From positions 1-47,577 of the forward strand of contig JBGOTO010000003.1 in the NCBI GenBank assembly GCA_041476485.1: a DNA stretch of 47,577 bases, in the 5' to 3' direction. Within the stretch, counting starts at the first letter, position 1. Each line of letters opens with the position of its first letter. Shown here one piece after another: positions 1 through 7,586 of the stretch. This stretch comes from Nitrospirota bacterium (GTDB taxonomy: Bacteria > Nitrospirota > UBA9217). Under the pieces are notes generated by a model. The model ran no database searches and was not told the DNA's origin. It saw nothing but the letters and a program-made list of their open reading frames with translations. The position numbers and the translations under genes were made by a program.

Positions 1-188
1 GCCTCAGACTTCATTCTGCTCTACCCGACCTATGTAACTCAAGAAATACCAACTGTAGCTGATTTCTCCCATGTTTTGGTTAACAAGTGCGTTTCATTTA
101 CAGCAACATTCGTAAAATCTTTGTTCACATTATCAAGGAACCCCATAATTGTTGTACATATTTCATGGAATGCAGTGTGCGCATCAAT

Positions 189-746
189 CTAATTCTTTAC
201 TGGCTGATAACAGAGCAGTAGAACGCCCAAAGCGAGCGTTTTCGTTTTGACAAGCTCCAGCTTCGTCATGTGCATGCCTTCATTGAAGAAACGCTTCCCG
301 CTCCCCATGAAAATGGGTTGAATTAGGAACTGATATTCATCGATTAGATTGGTATTCATCAGCGCGTGGACGAGACTGGCGCTGCCGGGTATAAGGATGT
401 CGCCGTCAGGTTGCTGTTTCAGTCTCTTGATTTCCTCAATGAAATTGTCTTTGATAATTGTCGAATTATTCCAATTAGCTTCTTTCAGTGTGGAAGAGAC
501 AACATACTTGGGCATGCTGTTAATACTGCTCGCAGGCCCATTGTCATCATTCTTCTGATAGGGCCAATAAGCTGCAAGCATTTCATAGGTTGTTCGTCCA
601 ACGAGGAGGGCACCCGATCCGGATACAGTCGCTTTAATATACTCGCCCCTCTGACCGCTGTTGTAAGGGTTAAACCATTGACTCATTGTATCTGCGTCAA
701 AGACGCCATCCAGCGTCATCCAAGCAGAAACAACTATTCTTCTCAT
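189..746 (-). CDS. Dihydrofolate reductase / RibD C-terminal family protein (probable gene cassette)
   Basis: Motifs MTLDGV, LLVGRTTYE, KYVVSSTL, GSASLV, LIDEY, GSGKRFF are typical of the bacterial bifunctional deaminase-reductase C-terminal (DHFR-like) family; AGGAGG RBS upstream. Confidence 0.9.
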   Translation of the reverse strand: MRRIVVSAWMTLDGVFDADTMSQWFNPYNSGQRGEYIKATVSGSGALLVGRTTYEMLAAYWPYQKNDDNGPASSINSMPKYVVSSTLKEANWNNSTIIKDNFIEEIKRLKQQPDGDILIPGSASLVHALMNTNLIDEYQFLIQPIFMGSGKRFFNEGMHMTKLELVKTKTLALGVLLLCYQPVKN

Positions 747-816
747 GTTTAGCTTCCTCCTATTTTAATTTGTTGTGCTTTCATAGTATCCCTCCGTTGC
801 GCACATTGCATATAAT

Positions 817-1033
817 GAGTCTGTAGGAAAAGTCCCTCTCAAAGCCCCGACGCACCAGGCTTCGTTTAACGCAATTAAACTTCCGCGCTGTCTCTCATGA
901 TGGCCAAGTGAGGAGAAGCCCGTCATTCGGGCTCAGAATCGTCGCCATTACTACTCCTATTAGCATCAGCGAAATTACGTCGCTACCCTCAAAGGGTTAA
1001 AATAAGCCCTTTCAGGGGTTTTTCTACAGACTC
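817..1033. mobile_element. MITE-like element, family A copy 1 (217 bp)
   Basis: Perfect 10-bp terminal inverted repeats GAGTCTGTAG / CTACAGACTC; flanked by AAT and AAC; colinear with 2533-2749; no credible ORF. Confidence 0.85.
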
Positions 1034-1036
1034 AAC

Positions 1037-1254
1037 GAGTCTGTAGAATAAGTCCTTTTTCTAACCCCGGTGCGCTAGAAGCGATACAGTGCAATTAAAT
1101 TCTGGTCGAGTCATTTGTTCTCTATGAGATGCGGGTAAGCCTGCTATTCGGGCATTCCCGCGTTTATATCGTTCCTTCTATTACGATCCTCGACATTGCC
1201 GCTGCTTCCCAGATGAGCAAATTTGGGCTAATTTAGGGGTTTTTCTACAGCTTC
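1037..1254. mobile_element. MITE-like element, family A copy 2 (218 bp), tandem with copy 1
   Basis: Termini GAGTCTGTAGAATAAGTCC and GGGGTTTTTCTACAGCTTC; AAC on both sides; interior more diverged than copies 1 and 3. Confidence 0.85.
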
Positions 1255-1437
1255 AACGCCCCGGTGAGCGGCTGCCCCCGCAGGGGGCAAGTCCGTCTCG
1301 ACCGGTTTGATGGCTCGCGCTGCTTTCGCGCGAGACAGCAGGTCGGCCGCTCACCGGGGCGATGGGCCGCGCGAAGCGCGGGCCATTGCGGTGTTGAGGG
1401 GCCAGCTTCACGGCCCCTCTCGAACACCTTGTTGGTT
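1251..1437 (-). other. Composite / degenerate attC region downstream of cassette 1462-1902
   Basis: Minus strand begins AACCAAC (R'') and ends GTTGAAG (R'); contains two attC-like palindromes and a 16-bp perfect inverted repeat (1257-1272 / 1346-1361). Confidence 0.7.
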
Positions 1438-1461
1438 TGTCGCAGATATAACTCTGTGTCT

Positions 1462-1902
1462 TTAAGCTCCGGATTGTGGGCTTGTATTCCTGCGTGTGAC
1501 AAATATATTCTCTTTGCTGACATGCTTTGAGATTTCGTCGAATAGAGAGTCGGCAAGCGCATCCATTTTAGATTTCATGGCAGGCTCGCGTCCTCTGACA
1601 TCATTCTGCAATACTAACCCAAGGCTTTCTAATCTTTTTTCTGGATATTCTGATTTCGGATAATGACATGTTGCATTGATGCAATTATTTCTTTCCGACG
1701 TGAAGCTTTTTAAGTATGCTGCAAGCAAATAATTGCGGCGTGCTGGATGGGCAATTTCTTGAACGAGAATAAAATGGTCGGCTTTTAAAATATCGATGAT
1801 TTTATCTAAAACCGATTTATCAACGTCATTCACACCAAAGGTAACCCTATATCCCGGATTGAAGAACTTTGACAGTTTATCAAGGAAACCATTTGCGCTC
1901 AT
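1462..1902 (-). CDS. Hypothetical protein (gene cassette), 146 aa
   Basis: ATG at 1902 with GAAAGGGG RBS just after the attC crossover at 1929; the longer ORF-track start runs through the attC and is unlikely; AT-rich. Confidence 0.7.
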   Translation of the reverse strand: MSANGFLDKLSKFFNPGYRVTFGVNDVDKSVLDKIIDILKADHFILVQEIAHPARRNYLLAAYLKSFTSERNNCINATCHYPKSEYPEKRLESLGLVLQNDVRGREPAMKSKMDALADSLFDEISKHVSKENIFVTRRNTSPQSGA

Positions 1903-1922
1903 AGATTCGCGACCCCTTTCAA

Positions 1923-1978
1923 AACTAACGCGGAGTTCACACGCCGCGAAGCGGGCGGCGTGGAACGACAAGTTAACT
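1923..1978 (-). other. attC recombination site (56 bp)
   Basis: Minus strand AGTTAAC-TTGTCGTTCCACGCCGCCCGCTTCGCGGCGTGTGAACTCCGC-GTTAGTT; imperfect palindrome with AAC/GTT cores; the upstream ORF's TAA stop lies inside R''. Confidence 0.9.
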
Positions 1979-2524
1979 TCCAGTCGCCTCACTGTTCAAA
2001 TCTTCCTCAATGCCCGAATTGGCGATCCTTAATTCGTTGTTACTGATGCGATAAATATAATTGTAGCCGGTGACAAAACCGTCAGCTTCTTGGAGAAGAA
2101 GTTCATCATTCGAAATCCAATGGTCTGCATAAATAAATGGCTCGTTCTCGCTTTGGGGCTTAATTTCGGTAAGTTGTTTTTTTCGATCTAGGTCCATGAC
2201 AATTATATGATGAACAGGTCTTAAATCACCAGGACCATCAAGTCCGACGACATTGTAAAAACCTACAAATACTGAATATGCGACATAGCGCCTGTCCGAA
2301 GTCATTAGGTAGCTTTTAACGTTCCCGTCAGCGGACGTAATTTTACTACCGACTTTATCACCGCTAATTTCGTAAAGCTCTCCATCTCTTAAAACTACTG
2401 CGGATGATGTTTGGGTTTTGCTCGGAATTATTTTATTCTTTTGACATTGCGGTAGGAGAGTAACTGTGAATAATAAAAGCAGTATTCTTATCAAATAGAA
2501 GTTGTGCACAGTATTTCCTTTCAC
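1973..2524 (-). CDS. Hypothetical exported protein / lipoprotein (gene cassette)
   Basis: Hydrophobic N-terminus ending in LLPQC; stop overlaps attC R''; an alternative GTG start at 2509 has a GAAAGGA RBS. Confidence 0.7.
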   Translation of the reverse strand: MKGNTVHNFYLIRILLLLFTVTLLPQCQKNKIIPSKTQTSSAVVLRDGELYEISGDKVGSKITSADGNVKSYLMTSDRRYVAYSVFVGFYNVVGLDGPGDLRPVHHIIVMDLDRKKQLTEIKPQSENEPFIYADHWISNDELLLQEADGFVTGYNYIYRISNNELRIANSGIEEDLNSEATGS

Positions 2525-2532
2525 TGATTAAC

Positions 2533-2749
2533 GAGTCTGTAGAATAAGTCCCTTTTTAAGTACCAACGCACCAGGCTTCGCTTAACGCGATAAATCTTGC
2601 GCGCTGTCTCTCGATGATGGTTAGGTGAGATAAAGCTCGTCATCCGGGCCTGGAATCATCGACGACACTATTCTTATTAGCATCAGTGAAAATACGTCGC
2701 CTCCAGAAAGGGCTAAAAAGTGCCTTTCTGGGGGTTTTCCTACAGGTTC
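2533..2749. mobile_element. MITE-like element, family A copy 3 (217 bp)
   Basis: Termini GAGTCTGTAGAATAAGTCCC and GGGGTTTTCCTACAGGTTC; AAC duplicated on both sides (2530-2532, 2750-2752); colinear with 817-1033. Confidence 0.88.
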
Positions 2750-2805
2750 AACGAGCGCGTGAGGGGTGCGTTTTTCAGTGACCATCTCGACACGAGTGGT
2801 TAGAA
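2746..2805 (-). other. attC recombination site (60 bp)
   Basis: Minus strand TTCTAAC-CACTCGTGTCGAGATGGTCACTGAAAAACGCACCCCTCACGCGCTC-GTTGAAC directly after the stop of 2809-3489. Confidence 0.85.
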
Positions 2806-2808
2806 CTT

Positions 2809-3489
2809 TTATTTTTCCCATTCGACGTGAACGTCTTTAATTTCATGGTCGTTGTATGCGGTAACATTGACCCGATAGAATGTTTTTCCTCCAAACGTCG
2901 AGTTGATATTCCAGGACGTGACAGAATATTTATATCCAGAGCCGGTAATTTTTTCTGCCTCAATCTTTGCTTTTTCAGGCGTCTCACCGAAGAGGGATAC
3001 TGACATAATGATCGCAAGTATAACGGGAAGACACCCGCCGAAGATAAACCCGTTTTTAGGCTTGCGCCAAAGCCGCTTATTGTCCACATTATTTTGAGTA
3101 ATGGCAGTAAGGATGACTTCTGAGTTTAATGTTTTGTAGACCCAAATCAAGAATATGATCAACGCAATTGCGATAAAACTGTATGCAATAAAGGCTATCG
3201 GGTAAAGCCTGATGTATGTTGTCATAAGATCGATTGGCGTAAAAAAGGGGAAAAGCACCATCACGCCTATGAATGCACTTGATAAAAAGGCGCTAAACCA
3301 GCTGATGATGCGAACTGATTTTAGATTTCCTCGATACAGATACACACCCGCGATAATGGCAAAAATATTAAAGCTGGAAGAATAGCCTATACTATGGATG
3401 ATGCAATAAATCATGTACGCAACATCGACGGTACCAATAGCGATAAGGGCAATACCGACTTTCTTCATGATTGAACGATAATCATTCAT
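2809..3489 (-). CDS. Hypothetical multi-pass membrane protein (first gene cassette)
   Basis: 226-aa ORF with several hydrophobic segments; AAGGA RBS; bounded by GTTAGAT (3512) and an attC whose R'' (TTCTAAC) is nearly complementary to it. Confidence 0.8.
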   Translation of the reverse strand: MNDYRSIMKKVGIALIAIGTVDVAYMIYCIIHSIGYSSSFNIFAIIAGVYLYRGNLKSVRIISWFSAFLSSAFIGVMVLFPFFTPIDLMTTYIRLYPIAFIAYSFIAIALIIFLIWVYKTLNSEVILTAITQNNVDNKRLWRKPKNGFIFGGCLPVILAIIMSVSLFGETPEKAKIEAEKITGSGYKYSVTSWNINSTFGGKTFYRVNVTAYNDHEIKDVHVEWEK

Positions 3490-3505
3490 GTTCTGTCCTT
3501 TTACG

Positions 3506-3530
3506 ATCTAACCAGTTATTGAGCAGTTAG
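3506..3530 (-). other. attI-like site at the head of the cassette array
   Basis: Minus strand CTAACTGCTCAATAACTG-GTTAGAT; GTTRRRY core with no attC-length palindrome upstream. Confidence 0.55.
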
Positions 3531-3536
3531 GCTCGG

Positions 3537-3664
3537 GTATCTAATATTAGATGCAAACATATAATACTATATACAAGCATCTATTATTATATACCTGCCA
3601 GGTTTATAGTATTAGATGCTTTTTGCTTTTTTCATCTCCCCTACTTGCATCTAATACTATATGC
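3537..3664. repeat. Five 18-bp quasi-palindromes, consensus GCATCTAATATTAGATGC
   Basis: Copies at 3537-3554, 3557-3574, 3577-3594 (20-bp period), 3602-3619 and 3647-3664. Confidence 0.85.
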
Positions 3665-3966
3665 TTTTCCAGCACAGTCCCTTTGATCTTGCCGAATTGA
3701 ATGAACCATAACTTTGCATCCGGGTCCCATCTTCCCCTTGCTGCCCGTGCCTTTTCCTGCAATGCTGTTTCAGCAAACCCGATCCGCACAGGAACAAGTG
3801 TAGTGTCGGAAATCTGCGGCCGAGGTGAGGGTGTCCATGCTTTTTTCTCCACAATGAGCTCAACGGTCTTTGCCCTCGTGCAGCTCGCCCTGTCATACCG
3901 GTAGCGCACGCAGACAAGCGCGTCGCCGTACTCGGACAGCAGCTTTTTCGTTCCGTTTTGTTCCGA
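3604..3966 (-). pseudogene. Small basic protein with DUF5710-like C-terminus, apparently 5'-truncated
   Basis: Frame reads ...EQNGTKKLLSEYGDALVCVRYRYD...KTVELIVEKK...ARGRWDPDAKLWFI; it extends upstream of the track's GTG but meets a TAA near 4003 with no ATG or RBS. Confidence 0.6.
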
Positions 3967-4064
3967 TGAAATATTTAATGCTAAAATCGAACTGCAACAG
4001 CCTTAGTTCAATCGACTGCTGTTTTCTTGCTTGATGGAAGGAAATATTTCGTAGATGTGGCTGG

Positions 4065-4093
4065 AGTATGTGGAACTTTGCAAAAGATGTCAA
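4065..4093 (-). promoter_or_regulatory. Candidate sigma70 promoter firing into the cassette array
   Basis: TTGACA-N17-CATACT on the minus strand; a second TTGACA at 4110-4115 lies within a ~21-bp tandem duplication. Confidence 0.45.
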
Positions 4094-4248
4094 TATCCAA
4101 AAAATCACCTGTCAAGCCAAAAAATCACCGGGGATGGGTATTTTTAGGGGATGTAAAAAGGTAAACAATTTTTTTGGCACAGCCCACAAAGGCTGCAATT
4201 TTACTGCGCGGAAATCGATTCGGCTTTGTCGAGTAGGTGTCGAGGAAG

Positions 4249-4914
4249 TTACCGCTTCTTCGACTTCGGCACGTAGTACCGCGTACCTTGCTTCATGCCG
4301 AGGATCTGCTTGAGCAGGTCGTCGAGGTCTTCCCGCCGATGCACAAAATCGATGTCCGAAGTATTGATGACGAACAAGGGGGTATCGCTGTAGCGGAAAA
4401 AGAACTGGTTGTAGGCCTCGTTCATGGCGGCGATGTAATCGGAATTTACGTCTTTCTCGAAAGATCTGGCGCGCAGCTTGATGCGGCGCAGAAGCGTGTC
4501 CGTGTCGGCCTGGAGAAAGATGACCAGGTCGGGCCGCACGATCTTGGGCTCGAGTATTTTATAAAACTGTTCGTAGAGCGCGAGCTCGTTCTCGTCGAGA
4601 TTGAGGTATGCGAAGATGCGGTCTTTATCGAAGAGGTAGTCGCTGATCGTGATCCGGGTGAAAAGATCGGGCTGGGCCATCTCCTGCTGCTGGCTGAACC
4701 GGCTCAGGAGAAAGAACATCTGCGTCTGAAACCGGTATCGCGCGGGGTCCTTGTAGAAATCGGCGAGAAAGGGGTTGTCCTCCGCGCGCTCGAAGATCAC
4801 CCGGGCGCCGAGTTCCTCGGCGAGCAGGCCCGTCAGGCTTGTTTTGCCCACGCCGATGGGGCCTTCAGTCACGATATATCTGGCATGGAGCGCGGTTTCC
4901 CGTTTCCTGTTCAT
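4249..4914 (-). CDS. Deoxynucleoside kinase
   Basis: P-loop EGPIGVGKTS, FQTQMFFL, PDLVIFLQA; typical position next to folK. Confidence 0.92.
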   Translation of the reverse strand: MNRKRETALHARYIVTEGPIGVGKTSLTGLLAEELGARVIFERAEDNPFLADFYKDPARYRFQTQMFFLLSRFSQQQEMAQPDLFTRITISDYLFDKDRIFAYLNLDENELALYEQFYKILEPKIVRPDLVIFLQADTDTLLRRIKLRARSFEKDVNSDYIAAMNEAYNQFFFRYSDTPLFVINTSDIDFVHRREDLDDLLKQILGMKQGTRYYVPKSKKR

Positions 4915-4927
4915 AATGGTCCCCGGC

Positions 4928-5407
4928 TCAGCATGCGGCCACGCGATGCGGGTCCTGCAGCTCCTGAAGCAGCAGGTCCGCCGTTTTTTGGAAGATCGGG
5001 TGCACGACCTGGGGCGCGATTTCGCACAGCGGGATGAGCACGAATCCCCGCGACGCCAGGAGCGGATGCGGTATCGTAAGGCCGGGGGTCTCGATCACCC
5101 GGTCTCCGTAGAGCAGGATGTCGAGGTCGATGGTCCGCGGCCCCCAGCGCAGCGACCTGCGCCGCCCGAGTTCGTCCTCGATGGCGCGGCAGGCGGCCAG
5201 CAACTGTTCCGGCAAAAGGGAGGTTTCGAGCTCGCAAACGGCGTTGATAAAATCTTCCTGCGGGCGGTAGCCCACCGGCTCCGTGCAGTAATACGAGGAA
5301 ACTCGTTTCACGCGGCCCGCCCTGTCCAGGAGCTCGAGCGCCTTCAGACAGAAGCCCTGTTTGTCGCCGATATTCGAACCCAAACCGATATATGCGATGG
5401 TCGGCAT
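4928..5407 (-). CDS. folK: 2-amino-4-hydroxy-6-hydroxymethyldihydropteridine diphosphokinase
   Basis: AYIGLGSNIG, RWGPRTIDLDILLY, LTIPHP; start moved to MPTIAY. Confidence 0.95.
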   Translation of the reverse strand: MPTIAYIGLGSNIGDKQGFCLKALELLDRAGRVKRVSSYYCTEPVGYRPQEDFINAVCELETSLLPEQLLAACRAIEDELGRRRSLRWGPRTIDLDILLYGDRVIETPGLTIPHPLLASRGFVLIPLCEIAPQVVHPIFQKTADLLLQELQDPHRVAAC

Positions 5408-5416
5408 AGAAGTACG

Positions 5417-5492
5417 GGATGCAGGATGCACGATACAAGATAGAATAGAGGCCGAAAACATCAGGCATCATGTATCTTGGCAGCGTGTATCG
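5417..5492. repeat. Inverted degenerate 7-mer tandem repeats
   Basis: GGATGCA GGATGCA CGATACA AGATAGA followed by reverse-complement-like units GGCATCA TGTATCT ... TGTATCG. Confidence 0.6.
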
Positions 5493-5494
5493 TC

Positions 5495-6745
5495 TTAAAA
5501 CTCGAACTGCAAGTCCCCCATCCTCTTCTTGAACTCCTCGAGCACGCGCTGCTCGTCCGCCCTGCCTTTGGACTCGAAGGTGGCCGAGAAGCGGATGTAC
5601 GGGCCCGCATCGTCCCAGGGCACGGTGCTGATGAGTTTTTCAGTGATAAGGAACTCCGAAAATTCTTCGGCATTCGCGAACCGTCTGCCGCCTTTGATCC
5701 CTTTCGGCATTCCGACGTACAGATAGAAGGACCCCGCCGGCATCTTTGCATTGAACCCCATTCCCGCGAGCACGGACACCATGGCCCGCAGCCGGCGCTC
5801 GTACTTTGCCGTGATCTCATCGGTGATCTCTGGATGGCCGAGGGCATACGCGCCCGCCTTCTGGATGGCCTTGAATTGGCCCGAATCGTAATTGTCCTTT
5901 ACATTGCCGAAGCCCGCCACCACGCGCTCGTTCCCCGCCACAAAAGCCAGACGCCAGCCGGTCATGTTATACGCTTTTGATAACGAGTGGACCTCCACGC
6001 CCACCTCTTTTGCGCCGTCTACCGAGAGAAAAGAAAAGGGCCTGGAGCCGAACGTGAGCGCCGCGTACGCCGCGTCATGGACAACGACGATGCTGTTTTC
6101 CTTCGCGAACTTCACGACTTTTTCAAAAAAGGCTTTCGTCGCGCCCGCGCCGGTCGGATTGTTCGGGTAATTGATGTAAAGGAGCTTCGCCCGCTTCTTC
6201 ACGTCATTGGGAAGCGCGTTCAGGTCCGGAAGAAAACCGTTCTGCTCCTGAAGCGGCAGGTTCACCACCTCTCCTCCGTACCAGCGGGTGTGCGTGCCCA
6301 TGACGGGATACCCCGGCACGGTCATGAGCGTCACGTCTCCGGGATTGATGAAAACCGCGGGAAACATAGCGAGCGCCGGCTTGCTCCCGATGGCGTGCAA
6401 CACCTCGGTTGCGGGGTTGATAGTGCCGACGCCGTAGACTTTTTGCAGGTAGCGTGTTGCCGCGTCCTTGAACTCCTGAATGCCGTTGTCCGCGTAACCG
6501 CGGTTTTCGGGTTTCGCCGCTTCGTCCTGGAGTGCTTTGACCACGCCGGGGAAGGCCATCTCATCCGGCTCGCCCACCCCGAAATCGATCAGCTCCTCGC
6601 CGGGATGCGCGGCAAGCGCGGCGCGTTTGGCCCGCTTGATCTTTTCGAACTTGTACTCTCCCCGTTCCTTCCCGAACATCTTCCCGCCGAGACGCTCGGC
6701 AAAGAGGGACTGAACATAGGTCTCCTTCTCCGTCGTTTGGACCAC
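5495..6745 (-). CDS. dapL: LL-diaminopimelate aminotransferase
   Basis: Class I/II PLP aminotransferase motifs (INYPNNPTG, HDAAY, SLSKAYNMTGWR); dap operon context; GTG at 6745 after a GGAGGAG RBS. Confidence 0.9.
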   Translation of the reverse strand: MVQTTEKETYVQSLFAERLGGKMFGKERGEYKFEKIKRAKRAALAAHPGEELIDFGVGEPDEMAFPGVVKALQDEAAKPENRGYADNGIQEFKDAATRYLQKVYGVGTINPATEVLHAIGSKPALAMFPAVFINPGDVTLMTVPGYPVMGTHTRWYGGEVVNLPLQEQNGFLPDLNALPNDVKKRAKLLYINYPNNPTGAGATKAFFEKVVKFAKENSIVVVHDAAYAALTFGSRPFSFLSVDGAKEVGVEVHSLSKAYNMTGWRLAFVAGNERVVAGFGNVKDNYDSGQFKAIQKAGAYALGHPEITDEITAKYERRLRAMVSVLAGMGFNAKMPAGSFYLYVGMPKGIKGGRRFANAEEFSEFLITEKLISTVPWDDAGPYIRFSATFESKGRADEQRVLEEFKKRMGDLQFEF

Positions 6746-6806
6746 GAACTCTCCTCCCCGTATCCTCAGAATGCAATCGCCGCTTTTTAATGCCGCCCGG
6801 CGGGGA

Positions 6807-7562
6807 CTATTGTTTCTTGTCGATCCACTCCAAAAGCTTTTCTTCCGGAAGATACCCGGAAAGCACCGTGCCGTCTTCGCGCACGAGCGTCGGCGTGCCG
6901 TTGAATCCGTGCGAGTCGGCGAGGGCCTTGCTTCTCTCCACCGCATCCGCGGGGCAGGCCGGTTCGGGCACTGCTTTACCGCTGAAGGCATCGTCGAGCA
7001 TCGTAAGTGATTTTGAGCAAAGGACGGCCTGGGCCTTCTTGTACGCGTCCTTATGCATGGGCAGCGGATTGAGGATGAGGTAAAAAACGATATCGCTGCG
7101 CTTTGCAATGATCTGTTTCATGATCGGGTGCAGCTCCCGGCAAAAAGGGCAGTCCGGATCGGTGAACACGATCACTTTTATCTTTGCCTTCGTTTCGCCG
7201 AGAACGATCGCATCGGTGAGCGGAATTTTGGAGAAGTCCACCTTGCGCTGCGGCGGCTGTTTGCCGAGCTGGTCGACGGGGACGATCTGGCCGGCCAGAT
7301 ACTTTTTTGAGTAATCGAGAAGCACGGCGCCGCGCTGCTCACCCCGTTGAACGTCGATTTGCCATACGCCTTTTATCGGCGAAGCCTTTACTTCCACAAC
7401 CTTGCCGCCAGGCACCGCTTTTTCGATAATTATTTGCGCGTCCTTTACGTTCAGCTTGTGGCAGTCCATGCAGTCCTGCCCTTTTTTCATCTTAAATGCA
7501 TGCGCCGAAAGTGGCGGCAGCATAATTAGGCATCCGATGATTAACAGCGAAATTTTTTTCAT
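6807..7562 (-). CDS. dsbC: DsbC-family thiol:disulfide interchange protein with an N-terminal CxxCH
   Basis: Signal peptide; FTDPDCPFC active site; GFNGTPT cis-Pro loop; LSGY; extra CMDCH after the signal peptide. Confidence 0.85.
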   Translation of the reverse strand: MKKISLLIIGCLIMLPPLSAHAFKMKKGQDCMDCHKLNVKDAQIIIEKAVPGGKVVEVKASPIKGVWQIDVQRGEQRGAVLLDYSKKYLAGQIVPVDQLGKQPPQRKVDFSKIPLTDAIVLGETKAKIKVIVFTDPDCPFCRELHPIMKQIIAKRSDIVFYLILNPLPMHKDAYKKAQAVLCSKSLTMLDDAFSGKAVPEPACPADAVERSKALADSHGFNGTPTLVREDGTVLSGYLPEEKLLEWIDKKQ

Positions 7563-7586
7563 GATAGACTCCTTTATCCTGTGTCG

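Noticed and set aside
1-188. attC for the DHFR-family cassette or a short ORF
   Set aside because: No AAC...GTT palindrome is visible, and the ~35-codon frame has no RBS or motif; the site may lie left of the window
1245-1562. ORFs 1245-1562, 1264-1530 and 2621-2821
   Set aside because: They run through attC and MITE sequence and have no protein features
817-2749. Family-A elements as gene-less integron cassettes
   Set aside because: They contain no internal R'' or attC palindrome pairing with the terminal GTT; terminal inverted repeats plus a direct 3-bp duplication fit transposition better
3537-3664. 18-bp repeats as a CRISPR array
   Set aside because: Repeats are short and degenerate, with spacers of only 2-27 bp and no cas genes in the window
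6746-7108. Long N-terminal extension of dapL; likewise the extended starts of ORFs 11894-13558 and 21806-23224
   Set aside because: They overlap upstream genes in another frame; proper starts with RBS or stop-start overlaps exist downstream
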